Part shown: in pieces, positions 24,359-36,763 of the stretch
Numbering within the stretch: position 1 is the stretch's first letter
How the letters are laid out: each line of letters begins with the position of its first letter
Origin: Centroscyllium fabricii
Lineage: Eukaryota
Reading direction: 5' to 3'
DNA length: 64,000 bases
Assembly (NCBI GenBank): GCA_051313645.2
Contig: JBNRSN020000015.1
Location: 119,660,001 to 119,724,000 of the forward strand
Translations under genes and position numbers: made by a program
The notes under the pieces: model-generated
What the model was told of the DNA's origin: nothing
Seen by the model: only the letters and a program-made list of their open reading frames with translations
Database searches by the model: none

Positions 24359-25389
24359 AACATATCCAGTGATAGCAAGTCAATTGTAAAATCAATCGGT
24401 ATGAAGAAAAATATTGGACAGGACTACCTAACACCGCAAGGCCTGCAGTGGTTCAAGAAGAAGGCTCACCATCATCTTCTCAGGGCAACTAGGGAAGAAC
24501 AACAAACGTGGCTTAGCCAGAGTCAGCCACATCCCAAGAACAAATAAAGATATGCTTTACACCAACGCTGTAGTTCTGATGTGAACATACCCTCACAGAT
24601 CTATAATATAGCTCTTCACCTCAGAAAGGTCCAATGGCGGTAATTTCGTCTCTCTCCATTTTCATTTCCATTTGAAGTCAATGGAAATAAAAATGGCGAG
24701 AGATGTAAAACTATCGCCCGTTATACACTATTGTCTAAAGTCAAAAGTACCCCCAATGTGTGTAGCACCTAGCCAGAATGTGTCACATTTATATTTATCC
24801 CATGGCGTCACCCCCAAATTCATTGCGAAGCTTCCACGATTTTGCTGGAGCTCATTGCCAAGTGAGGGCGCAAAGAATGAATGAAAACGGTGAGCTTTTC
24901 TTTAAATTTAACTCCGAAACGATTAGCATGACCCCAGTATTTTAGAGAAGGAAAACCATCTTGAAAAGAACAATGGTGGAAAAAGAAGTGGCATTTTCAG
25001 TGGCAATCCATAGTGTGAGGACAAAGGGAGTATGGAGTGCTCCATGAAACGCGTTGCGCTTGGGAGGTATGACCTGCACCACAGAATATTTTTCATGCAC
25101 CAGAGCAGAGTTTGAAGCAGTTACACAAAGTCATTGATACAGTTTCAGTTCATGATCACAGCAATGGCATGATAGAACCTGGAGCCATTCTGTCTCTGTC
25201 TCCCTGTTCATGTTAATCAGTACCGATATCCTACACTGCCCTGTACTTGTCAGTTGTGCAGAAGCTGGCACATCCACTGAAACAGATCACCACAGCCTCA
25301 TACTGCTGTCGTTAACTACATTTAGGGAAATGCAGCAGCCGATTTGTGCCCATCGAGGACCCACAAACAGCAACGAGTTAAATAAATCT

Positions 25390-25730
25390 TAGAATCATAG
25401 AATTATACAGCACAGAAAGAGGCCACTCGGCCCATGGTGCCTCTTTGAAAGAGCGATCCAATTAGTCGCACGCCCCCTGCTCTTTCCCCACAGCCCTGCA
25501 AATTTTTCCCTTCAAGTATTTCTCCAATTCCCTTTTAAAAGTTACTATTGAATCTGCGTACACCACCCTTTCAGGCAGCACGTTCCAGATCCTAACAACT
25601 CCCTGTATCAAAGAATGTTTCCTCATGTTGCCTCTGTTTTTTTTTGCCAATTACCATAGATTGCTGTGCCCCGGTTACAGACCCTTCTGCCACTGGAAAC
25701 AGTTTCTCCGTCATGATTTTGAACACCTCT
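25390..25730 (-). mobile_element. CR1 3' fragment (older)
   Basis: QGVVRIWNVLPERVV...FKRELEKYL peptide and a CATAGAAT tail. Confidence 0.75.
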
Positions 25731-25831
25731 ATCTGTTTCCGCGATTTGGTTAAGGAAGTCAGTCTCACTGGAATGCGCCAGGGTCTTCTAAGTGTCTAAA
25801 TTTCCAAGCTTCAGTTAATGAGTAAATAGAT

Positions 25832-27300
25832 TCATAGAAGATAGGAACAGGAGGAGTAGGCCATTTGGCCCCTCGAGCCATTCAATGTGATCATGGTTGA
25901 TCGTTCAAATTCAGTACCCTCTCCCTGCTTTCTCCCCATATCCATTGATCCCTTTAGCCTTAAGAAATATATCCAACTCCTTCTTGAATATATTTAATGA
26001 ATTGGCCTCTACCACCTTCTGTGATAGAGAATTCCACAGGTTCACCACTCTCTGGGTGAAGAAATTCCTCCTCATCTTTGTCCTAAATGGCTTACCCCTT
26101 ATCCTTAGACTGTGACCCCTGGTTCTGGACTCCCCGGCCATCGGGAACATCCTTCCAGCATCTAGTCTGTCCAGTCCTGTTATAATTTTATAAGTTTCAA
26201 TGAGATCCCCTCTCATTCTTCCAAACTCCAGCGAGGACAAGCCCAATCGACCCAATCTCTCCTCATACGTCATTCCTGCCATCCCAGGTATCAGCCTGGT
26301 GAATCTTTGCTGCACTCCCTCCATGGCAAGAACATCCTTCCTTAGATGAGGCAACCAATACTGGACACAATACTCAAGATATGGTCTCACCAAGGCCCTG
26401 TACAACTGCAGCAGCAAGACATCCTTGTTCCTGTACTCAAACCCTCTCACTACGAAAGCCAACGTACCATTTGCCTTCTTAACCGCCTGCTGCACCTGCA
26501 TGCTTACCTTCAGCGACTGGTGCACAAGGACGCCCAGATCTCATTGCACTTCCTCTTCTCCCAATCTATTGCCATTTTCTTTCTGTGTATCCATTTGCAT
26601 TCTGTAGGCATTGCATGTTATATACTGTTCTCAGTTGTACCACCACTTACAACACTTATGACACCAAAGTGGTTAAGCTCACATTTATCCACATTATATT
26701 GCATCTGCCATGCTTCTGCCCACTCACCCAACCTGTCCAAATCGTATTGGAGTTTCTCGGCATCCTCCTCACAGCACACACGCCCATGATAATAATCTGC
26801 CTTCTTGTTTATGACACCAAAGTGGATAAGCTCGCATTTATCCATGTAAAATTGCATCTGCCATGCTTCTGCCCACTCACCCAACCTGTCCAAATCATAC
26901 TGGAGTTTCTCGGCATCCTCCACACAGCACACACGCCCACCCAGATTTGTGTCATCTGCAAACTTGGAGATATTACATCTAGTTCCCTCGTCCAGGTCAT
27001 TAATATATATTGTGAATAGCTGGGGTCCAAGGACCGATCCCTGCGGCACCCCACTAGTCACTGCCTGCCACACGGAAAAAGAGCCGTTTATTCCAACTCT
27101 TTGCTTTCTGTCTGCCAACCAGTTCTCTATCCAAGTCAATACCTTACCCCCAATTCCATGTGCCTTAACTTTACATGCTAATCTCTTATGCGGGACCTTA
27201 TCGAATGCCTTTTGAAAGTCCAAATACACCACATCTACTGGTTCTCCCTTATCTATTTTACCAGTTACATCCTCGAAAAATTCCAGTAGATTAGTCAAAT
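25832..27300 (-). mobile_element. CR1 LINE fragment (RT) with internal duplication and templated insertion
   Basis: LDFQKAFDKVPH...GVPQGSVLGP...KFADD. The EDAEKLQYDLDRL segment is duplicated. Confidence 0.9.
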
Positions 27301-28226
27301 GCACTGACACAGTGTTGTAAGTGGTGGTACGACTGAGAACAGTATATAACATGCAACGCCCACAGAACGCAAATGGATACGCAGAAGGAAAATATTGGAA
27401 ATAGACGGGATACACAAAGCAACATGTCTGACCAAAGGCAAATCCTGCAGGTCACGCGGCGGCCAAAGTCATTTCTAAGGTTACCAGAAAAGTTTGCTGA
27501 CGACAAGTGGAGCTCAGCAGAAGACACTGAGCAACCACACCATGTCAGCAAAGCACAGCCAGAGAATGGAGACCAAACCAAGCCTCACATATCTCAATTA
27601 ACCAAGCACCGTGTACATATTATCATTCATAGCGTCACCTACTGTAGGCAATCAGTGGTATTCGTACCACATTCAATACATTTGTGAAAGTAATGATCGA
27701 CTTCGGGCTAGTACACACAATCTTGATAAAAGCATCTGCCGCATGCTAATTGATCCTGAACGTACCTGCAATTCCTTGAGATGTGTTCCTTGTGAATGCC
27801 ACTCGCTGCTGGGACTGCCAGTTGAGGAATCAACCCACAATACATTGATCCACTACATCTTTTGTTCCTGACACCACCAATATAATCAAGGTTTCCAGTG
27901 ATAGAGCAAGAGGCTTAATTATGCTTGTTGGATGAATATAGACTGTTGTCCTCAATACTAGAAACTCCTACAGGCACCGTGGAGAAAGTGGCTGATACAA
28001 AGCTCAAAAGGAAAACTATAAATTTAAAGTTTAAAAATGCATTTAGGCACAAAAAATTACAATATCAAAACATTAGCTTTGGCTAACTGAATCCCAGTTG
28101 AGTTATGCAATACAATATTACCATGTAAACCACATAACCTCGTTCTCTCGTCAATCTAATTTCACAAAGGTATATATATTGCTTAATCCCACATCTCGCT
28201 TGTCCGTCACCCTAGTCCCCGCTCAC

Positions 28227-28323
28227 CTACATTTACACCCCGGCTCCCAACTGTGAACTTCCTGATTTGAAATCTTAACAGAAGCTATTAGCACTAAAGG
28301 CACTATTTTATTCATTATAAGAG
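28227..28323 (-). other. candidate host exon (97 nt)
   Basis: Strong acceptor TTCTTTTTTTCTCCTCTCATTTCAG and donor AG|GTGAGC. One open frame: LIMNKIVPLVLIASVKISNQEVHSWEPGCKC. Confidence 0.35.
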
Positions 28324-28829
28324 CTGAAATGAGAGGAGAAAAAAAGAATTGTTCCGAACTTGCAAGGCTACCTTTAGTGGTGTCAACCAAGGATTCTAAA
28401 AAAAGGTCTTCTATCATGAAGTCCATGTACTGTTTTGCCATGCCAACAAAGCTTGCTCACCACAAGTGGAGTTTAATCACTTTACTTATAATGATGGTAA
28501 GCATGCAAGTGCAGCAGGCAGTTAAGAAGGCAAATGGTATGTTGGCCTTCATAGTGAGAGGATTCGAGTACAGGAGCAAGGATGTCTTGCTGCAGTTGTA
28601 CAGGGCCTTGGTGAGATCACATCTTGAGTATTGTGTACAGTTTTGGTCGTCTTATCTGAGGAAGGATATTCTTGCCATGGAGAGAGTGCAGACAAGATTC
28701 ACCAGGCTGTTACCTGGGATGGCAGGAATGACGTATGAGGAGAGATTGGGTCAATTAGGCTTATATTCGCTGGCGTTTAGAAGAATGAGAGGGGATCTCA
28801 TTGAAACTTATAAAATTCTAACAGGACTA

Positions 28830-28952
28830 TGTGGAGGTGCCGGTGTTGGACTGGGGTGGACAAATGCAAGAAGTCACACAACACCAGGTTATAGTCCAAC
28901 AGTTTTATTTGAAATCACAAGCTTTCGGAGCGCTGCTCCTTCCTCAGGCGAA
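28830..28952 (-). mobile_element. Penelope-like element terminal fragment
   Basis: Hammerhead core followed by AATAAA...GTTGGACTATAACCTGGTGTTGTGTGACTTC. A 30-nt piece recurs at 23795-23823. Confidence 0.65.
28913..28952 (-). ncRNA. minimal type I hammerhead ribozyme motif
   Basis: UUCGC-CUGAGGA-A-GGAGC agc GCUCC-GAAA-GCUU-GUGAU: CUGANGA and GAAA cores, helix II, palindromic helix III and helix I. Confidence 0.65.
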
Positions 28953-29782
28953 AGACTAGATGCAGGACGGATGTTCCTGATGGCGGGGGAGTCCAGAACC
29001 AGGGGTCACAGTCTAAGGGTAAGAGGTAAGCCATTTAGGACTGAGATGAGGAGGAATTTCTTCACCCAGAGAGTGGTGAACCTGTGGAATTCTCTATCAC
29101 AGAAGGCAGTTGGGGCCAATTCATTAAATATATTCAAGAAGGAGTTGGATATATTCCTTAAGGCTAAAGGGATCAAGGGATATGGGGAGAAGGCAGCTAC
29201 GGGGTACTGAATTTGGATGATCATCGAATGGCGGAGCAGGCTGGAGGGGCCGAATGGTTAACTCCTGCTCCTATCTTCTATGTTTCTATGATGGCACTTT
29301 AAATGGTCCATGAGTGTTCGATATGTCACTGAAATAACATCAGGTTAAAGCATGTTATGAATGCGACTAAAAATGCTTTGTACGTTGTCAGTAATTTATG
29401 TAATTCAGAAACTGAATTATTTGATCGGTAAAAAAATACTTCTGCTGCAGAATCTTACTTCTGTCTCTCTAGCTGAATTGAGGAATGCTGATAACATTCT
29501 TCGTATTTATCCACTGTTGTGTAGGTGCCAGCACCTGGTGAATTCTGTGCTGGCCTACAGCCTGTTGCCTGAGTGGTAATACATCAATTAGCTTTGATTC
29601 CTCTTGGAACTTGTGTTAGAGAACTAGTACTCCATTGGCTGTAGAGTACGTTGGGATATCCTGAGGTGGTGAAAAGAGCTAGATAAATGTAAAATAGTCT
29701 TTCTTTTTCCCTTTCTATCTTTTTTTCTTTAATTCTCTTCTTTTCTTCCTCCAATTCTGTGCGCCGTTTTTAAGAACATAAT

Positions 29783-30082
29783 TGTGGTAACCGTTGTATA
29801 TACTGTAATTACCACCATAATATTGTAACCAATATTATCTGTATGTATAGCGGTCGGGTGCATGATGCAACTGTCCTGTGTTGCGACACTGTCGCGGGGT
29901 CAGGTCAGCCACACCTCTAACTCCTCCCCTCAGGTGAGTGCCTTATAGGTGGGGACTGACCGGCCCCCATTCATTCTGTACCTGATGTTCGATCGGAGCG
30001 TAGCTCCATTGTAAGCTAATAAAAGCCTTGAGTTAAGGTAACTACTCGTCTTTAGTTTTATTAGATTACTGACGATACGTCA
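29783..30082 (+). mobile_element. solo LTR (family of the 38399 element)
   Basis: TGTGGTAACC...GATACGTCA, 300 bp, 5-bp TSD ATAAT. Confidence 0.92.
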
Positions 30083-30221
30083 ATAATAACGTAAGAAATA
30101 GGAGCAGGAGTCGGCCATTTGGCCCCTCGAGTCTGCTCCGCCATTTAATGAGATCATGGCTGATCTGATCTTGGGCTCAGCTCCATTTCCCTGCCTGCTC
30201 CCCATAACCCATCACTCCCTT

Positions 30222-30459
30222 TGTGGTAAGCATGTATTTTACCACTTGTATATAGTACCTGTGTACCTGTAAATATCTGTCGGCTGGGACAGCCCCACCC
30301 CTAACTCCTCCCCTCAGATCGGAGTACATAGGTGGTTGCTGACCAGCCCCCACTCATTCTTCACCTTGACCTCACCAGGAGACCAGCTCCATTCTTAGTT
30401 AATAAAAGCCTGTAGTTTAGGTAACTACTCGTCTTTGTGTATTAATTGTCGATACGTCA
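30222..30459 (+). mobile_element. solo LTR (related Mag-like subfamily)
   Basis: TGTGGTAAG...GATACGTCA, TSD CCCTT/CCGTT (one mismatch). Confidence 0.85.
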
Positions 30460-30505
30460 CCGTTATTGTTCAAAAATCTGCCTATCTCCACCTTAAATGT
30501 ATTCA

Positions 30506-31061
30506 ATTCAGGGAGGGTGCTGGACTAGGCCCCAGTCCTCAGGCCTGGAGTTCGGAACTCGCGGGAGCCGCAGGGTGCTGGGCTAGGCCCCAGGCTTCAG
30601 GCCCGGAGTTCGGAGCTCGGGGGAGTCGGAGGGTGCTGGACTAGGCCCCAGGCCTCAGGCCCGGAGTTCGGAGCTCGGGGGAGCCGGGATGGCGCCTGGA
30701 GGAGAGCTTGGCCCCAGGCCTTAGGACGCTGCTCCTGGAGTTCGGAGCTCCGTGGATTCGGGGGAGCCGGCATGGTGTTGGGCCGAAAGGAGTCAAGTCA
30801 AGAAAACAATGGAAGAAACAGCATCAGAGCAAGTTAACGGAGCGGTAGAGGACAATTAACATCAAACTGAGCAGCCAGAGCAGGAACGGGACCCACGATG
30901 ATGGCGCTGGAGAATAGCTGACGTCTTGCGGGCTCATGCGTGCCGGGCAGCTTAATGTCCTTGTTGCGCGGTTGTTGCGCGGTACGTTCGGATAGCAGTA
31001 AGCATTTCACTGTCTAGATTGTATTTAGTACATGTGACAATAAACCTGAACTTGAACTTGA
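30506..31061 (+). mobile_element. non-autonomous retroposon with ~52-bp GC-rich tandem repeats and a Rex-like tail
   Basis: GGGTGCTGGACTAGGCCCCAGGCCTCAGGCCCGGAGTTCGGAGCTCG units at 30515-30770. Ends CATGTGACAATAAA(CTTGAA)n. Confidence 0.55.
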
Positions 31062-31569
31062 CCCAGCCTCCACGGCTCATTGGGGCAGAGAATTCCACAG
31101 ATTTATTACCCTCTGAGAAGAAATTTCTCCTCATCTCAGTTTTAAATGGGTAACCCCTTATTCTGAAACTATGCCCCCGAGTTCTAGATTCCCCCATGAG
31201 GGGAAACATCTTCTCTGCATCTACCTTGTCGAGTCCCCTCAATATCTTATATGTCTCAATAAGATCACCTCTTATTCTTGTAAACTCCAATGAGTATAGG
31301 CCCAACCTGCTCAACCTTTCCTCATAAGTCAACCCCTTCATCCCAGGAAACAACCTCGTGAACATTCACTGAACTGCCTCCAATGCATGTATATCCTTCC
31401 TTAAATAAAGAGACCAAAACTGTACGCAGTACTCCAGGTGTGGTCTCACCAATACCCTGGACAGTTGTAGCAGGATTTTCCTGCTTATATACTCCAACCC
31501 CCTTTGAAATAAAGGCCAACATTCCCTTTGCCTTCCTGATTACTTGCTGTACCTGCATGCTAACTTTTT

Positions 31570-32399
31570 GGGCTGGATTTTCTCAATGGAGGAGAGTTGG
31601 AGACGGGACTGCTGCTTGTTGGGTCTAAGTCCCGCCTCCATCATCTTCTGGCCAACCAGTGGGATTTTCCCCTGATTGACCTTGTTAAGTCCGTCCTGCG
31701 GGCTCAGCAGGCCAATTAGGGGGAAGTCACTGACGGAGCATGTCAATGTCTGAGGTGCTATCTGTCAAGATTTCTTGAAAGAAGAAATGTCAGCGTTTGA
31801 CAGCCCTGTGAAGTTGTCAAACACTGACATTCTCTGTCGTTTGATGAGTCCTTGTGTTCAGGACTCATCAAACCTTTCAACTTTGTAGATTTCGGAGGAT
31901 CCAACAGCCAGTCTGTGAAATTTACAAGGAAGATGTCGGGACTCCCAATCCAGAGCGGATGAAGGTTGTAGGGAGAAACCAAGGTAAGTGAACATTTTTT
32001 AACACTTATCACTCCTCTTACGTACTTACCACTCCACACTTGCACCCATCACTCACCTCTACATCTCACTTTCAGGTTCCTCCGACCCCCGCAGACCTCC
32101 TTCACGTCTCCTCCAACCCGACGGGGTTCTCCGAGGTCGGGAAGCCTTCACCTAAAAAGGCAAAATGGCACTAATCCTTTTTTCTGCTTGTTAACTACCT
32201 GTTAACAGGCAGTTAATAGGATTTAATCGCTTTCCCACCTCGAGGAGACGGGACCAGAAGCAACACATCTTCCCGCCTCCTGGCAAAAGGGCACAGAGGT
32301 GGGATGGGGGCGGGTTTGCCATCCGACCCCCACTTTCTGCTACTTTACCGGCAGTCATGCCTCTATGCCTGCCTCCTCGGGGCTGAGAAAATCCAGTCC
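31570..32399 (+). mobile_element. Harbinger/PIF-like non-autonomous element, complete
   Basis: TIR GGGCTGGATTTTCTCA / TGAGAAAATCCAGTCC, 3-bp TSD TTT, inside CR1. Confidence 0.75.
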
Positions 32400-32472
32400 T
32401 TTGTGCTTCACGCACAAGGACCCCCAGGTCCTCTGTGCTGCAACATTTTGTAATCTGTCTCCATTTAAATAA

Positions 32473-32745
32473 TGTGGTAAACCACTGTATATGTTGTATA
32501 TATGTCTCCCCCTTGTGTCCCCTCCCTGTAACTGTAATGTACTGCCTCCTTGCCAGGGAGGACTCACCTGGGAGGACTCCGCTCCTCGGCTTCCTCCCCA
32601 GGCTCCACCCACTGGGTATAAAAGTGCCAGCACACCTGAGTGCTCTCACTTCGGCTTGGAAAATCATCGGACCTGTGTCCACTTCTATGTTAATAAAAGC
32701 CTCGATTACATCTAACCATCGACTGGAGTAATTGATTGTGCATCA
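32473..32745 (+). mobile_element. solo LTR (family of the 62786 element)
   Basis: TGTGGTAAACCACTG...GTGCATCA, TATAAAA and AATAAA, TSD AATAA. Confidence 0.9.
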
Positions 32746-33642
32746 AATAATAATTTGCTTTTTTATTTTTCTTACCAAAGTGGATAACCTCACACATTAT
32801 ACTCCATCTGCTAAATGTTTGCCCACTCACTTAGCCTGTCTATATCCCTTTGCAGATTCTTTGTGTCCTCTTCACAACTTGCTTTCCCACCTATCTTTGT
32901 ATCATCAGCAAATCTGGCTACATTACACTTGGTCCCTTCATCCAAGTTATTAATGTAGATTGTAAATAGTTGAGGCCCCAGCACTGATCCCTGCAGCACC
33001 CCACTAGTTACTGTTTGCCAACCGGAGAATGACCCATTTATCCTGTCTCTCTGTTTTCTGTTAGTTAGCCAATCCTCTATCCATGCTAATATATTACCTC
33101 CAATCCTGTGAGCTCTTATCTTGTGCAGTAACCTTTTATATGGGACCTTATCGAATGCCTTCTCGAAATCCAAATATACCTCATCCACTGGTTCCCCTTT
33201 ATCCACCCTGCTTGTTACATCCTCAAAGAACTCCAGCAAATTTGTGAAACATGATTTCCCTTTCATAAAACCATGCTGACTCTGCTTGACTGCATTATGA
33301 TTTTCTAAATGTCCTGCTACTGCTTCCTTAATGAAGGACTCCAGCATTTTCTCAACAATAGATGTTAGGCGAACTGGTCCATAGTTTCCTGCTTTCTGTC
33401 GTCATCCCGTCTTGAATAGGGGTGTTACATTTGCGATTTTCCGATCCGCTGGGACCTCTCCAGAATCCAGGGAATTTTGGTAGATTGCAACCAATGCATC
33501 CACTATCTCTGCAGCCACTTCTTTTAAGACTCGCGGATGAAGGCCATCAGATCCAGGGGACTTGTCCACCTTTAGTCCCATTATTTTACTGAGTACTTTT
33601 TCTTTAGTGACAGTGATTGTTTTAAGTTCCTCCCTCCCTATA

Positions 33643-33910
33643 GACGTCGGGAAGCCTGCACTTCTGTGGGAAAAATGGGGATGATCCTCTTAACTGCCTG
33701 TTAACTATCTGTTAACAGGCAATTAAATAGCTGTAATCCCCTTCCTGCCTCTAGGAGACGGGACCTGGCGCGGGCCGGGTACCCACCTCCTGGGAAGTTG
33801 GCACGGAGGCGGGTTGGGGGCGGGATGGGTGCCTGCCCCCCAGATTCTGCCATTTTCCTGGCAGTCCCGCCTCCAAACCCACCTCCCCAGGGTTGGCAAA
33901 ACCGCCCCCT
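33643..33910 (+). mobile_element. Harbinger-like element, right end fragment
   Basis: Matches 5270-5524 and 43700-43897. Confidence 0.6.
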
Positions 33911-35184
33911 GTAAGTTGTTTATACAACACAATTGTTTGGCAATTCTAGTCTCCTGGCAATTATCTTAAGAGAAGCTATCAGGAATTCCTATTCATACAG
34001 TGCAATGCGATGCAATGCCAGCAGCAGTGGTGGGAGTCATTTAACAAACAATTCCCTCGCACATAGTTGACATGTTTTATAAGTAACTTGTGGTACAAAG
34101 GTAATTGAAGGACAGATATATAAAGTAATGGGAAGAGGGCTGGGACGCAAAACTCCAGTGGAAAATCAGAGTACTTCCCCACCCAACCCCCACCCCTCCA
34201 GACATCATTGCCCAGAAACAGCAGTGCAAGCCATGTAACTTGTACGACATAGTCATTGGAAAATGAGCGAGGTAAAGACAAAGACAGTGCAATAATGTTT
34301 TGAACTTTCACTACGTCAAAAATCACTATGTTACATAAATTGCCCCTTTTACAGTCTTCAGACTTTTAATCAAATAAGTAATTTCCTGTCATTAAGCGTG
34401 TAGTTTACTTTGAACTGACAGAGTTTTATACAGATGGTTTATTATTTTCAATAAAGATAACACTTATATTGCACAGAGGCTTTCTTGCTGACTCAAGGGT
34501 ACAAATAATAGTCCCATACCCAGCGTTATACAGTGTCATGAGTCATTAAAGCTCACCTTAGAGTTGAAGTTTTGCGACAAGACTCAGATGTGACAGGTGC
34601 TTTTTGTACTGTGGCACCAACTGCGATTGTTGCATTTCAACTAAAGGGTGTCACATATTCCACAAATTTTAATTAGTTTTTAAATCTGTCAAATTGAAAG
34701 TGAGATTAAAAAGACTGCATTGTTCTCTGCTTCATAATCACAGAGACCTAATTCGGCCTCACCTCTGTTTCTGGCTTGGCTATGTCACGATGTTATACAA
34801 TGGTGTACGAATCAAAAGGATTTTATTTTTTTTAAATCCAATTTAAATTATGTATGTTTTAAACCCTCAATTGCACCATAGCAACCAAGCTGTTGCATTA
34901 GATAGTTCCAATGCCATTTACTCCAAGGCATGTTGGAACTCTTCTCTGTAAATGACTGATGTGAGTATCCTTTCTCCAAAAGTAAAACTCGGTTTTATTC
35001 ATTGGGCAGGTAATTTAATACCTCTTGGCTGTTGACCTGAATCAGGGCCGTCCTAACTAATAAACCCCGGGGGATAACATTCAGATTGGATCATTCTGAT
35101 CCGAACTGAATGTGATCTCTATGGGACTGAAAGCTTAAACACAGTTCTAGTAACTGGGAAACAACCTATCCCTGTCAGCGTTTA

Positions 35185-35588
35185 CATAGAAACATAGAAA
35201 CATAGAAGATAGGAGCAGGAGTAGGCCATTTGGCCCTTCGAGCCTGCTCCGCCATTCAATGAGATCATGGCTGATCATCCAAACCCAGTACCCCGTCCCT
35301 GCCTTGTCCCCATATCCCTCTCGAACCTGCACCGACCCATATCCCACCCTATCCCCGTAACCACACCTATTTAATCCCCCTAACACTAGGGGTCAATTTA
35401 TCCTGGCCAATCAACCTAACCCGCACATCTTTGGACTGTGGGAGGAAACCGGAGCACCCGGAGGAAACCCACGCAGACACGGGGAGAATGTGCAAACTCC
35501 ACACAGATAGTCACCCGAGGCCGGATTTGAACCCGGGTCTCCAGTGCTGTAAGGCAACAGTGCTATCCACTGTGCCACCGTGCCGCCC
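35185..35588 (-). mobile_element. HE1-like V-SINE, full length
   Basis: Tail, body, V-domain and tRNA head in reverse. Confidence 0.9.
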
Positions 35589-36012
35589 ATACCTTTGTAT
35601 GAAGCGCACTACATTCTCTGAACGGGTGAAATTATGTGGCACTGTAGTCCTGAGAGGCCGTGTCAATCCTGCCCTGTAGTTGGTGAATAATGATTGATTA
35701 CATCTCATACTGAACCCTTACAGAAATTCTAATCCATCAGAGCAACATTTCAGTATTTGAAAACAGTGTGGTTGTGCTTCAGTTAGTAAATTCCTATCTA
35801 GTTAGTGTTTTCATTCGTAAAAATTGGGTTCAGGGAGGTATTTGACCCACCCTGCACATCCCACTTAAATTTTCTCATGCTTAGCTGTCTTAAAATGAAC
35901 TAGCATCCGTACGAACATAATACTGCTGTGACTCACAGAAGAATTTATAGCCTTAATCTAACCAGCTGAAAGCTTCCTTGCCTTCCAATGTGGGCCTGCC
36001 TCATATTTTCAG

Positions 36013-36104
36013 TGCCATTGGGCGCGATCTCTTATTTTCAAGGAGACTTTGTTGTGAATCAAAACCGACAGATCCTGCTACCTCTGCACAAAATGGAACC
36101 ACAG
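36013..36104 (+). other. candidate host exon (92 nt)
   Basis: CTCATATTTTCAG acceptor, CAG|GTAAAA donor. The frame PLGAISYFQGDFVVNQNRQILLPLHKMEPQ is phase-compatible with 14443-14522. Confidence 0.28.
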
Positions 36105-36247
36105 GTAAAACTAATCAGGTAAAAACTGGAAGTAAAACTGCAGGGATTAAATCTAAAATTGAAAAGAAATTAAGTGGCATATGTGACCTTGGACCCATTA
36201 CTGAAGAATAAGTAGCTTTCGAAGTGTGACACAGTGGAGTTTGAATA

Positions 36248-36763
36248 CAGGTCCGACACCGTTAATCCGGCACGGTCGGGACCAGGCCAGATTAGTGAAA
36301 ACTCCGAACGATTGAAGCTTCGGCGAGCGCATGCGCAGACCATTCAAAATGGCCACCGCGAAGGTCGGTGGCCCTTTTGAATTGCCTGCGCATGCGCTCG
36401 CCGAAGCATCAATCATTCAGGATCATTCAAAATGGCCGCCGGGAAGCATTTTGAATGGTCTGCGTATGCGCTCGCCGAAGCATCAATCGTTCGGGAAAAT
36501 TCAAAATGGCCGCCGCAAAGGCCGGCGGCCATTTTGAATGGTCTGCGCATGCGCACGCCGAAGCATCAATCGTTCGGGGAGGCCCGGGCATGTGCAGCCA
36601 AGCACGGCGGCCATTTCGCGCATGCGCAGACCAGTCTGGCAGTCGGGGAGAGGCCCGCAAGCGCGGCGGCCATTTCGCACATGCGCAGACCAGTCGGCCG
36701 AATTCGTTCCGGATGACTGAAGTTAGCGGATTACCGGTGTCCAGATTAACGGTGCTCAACCTG
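36248..36763. mobile_element. TA-flanked MITE, NRF1/YY1-rich family
   Basis: TA|CAGGTCCGACACCGTTAATCCGG ... GATTAACGGTGCTCAACCTG|TA, with three internal hairpin units. Confidence 0.85.

Larger units (their letters stand above)
28494..29290 (+). mobile_element. CR1 LINE 3' fragment with an in-frame Penelope-like insertion
   Basis: ORF 28329-29210 carries the CR1 C-terminus with ~41 extra residues at 28830-28952. Confidence 0.88.
30088..33642 (-). mobile_element. CR1 LINE shattered by four later insertions
   Basis: Colinear CR1 pieces at 30088-30221, 30460-30505, 31060-31569, 32400-32472 and 32746-33642 (QHGFMKGKSC...FADD). Confidence 0.85.

Noticed and set aside
28329-29210. 293-aa ORF as a host-CR1 fusion gene
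   Set aside because: Chance read-through from upstream DNA into a young CR1 fragment plus an in-frame insertion; no evidence of expression.
34870-34886. RFX X-box-like CCATAGCAAC in unique AT-rich DNA
   Set aside because: Single short motif; conservation cannot be assessed here.
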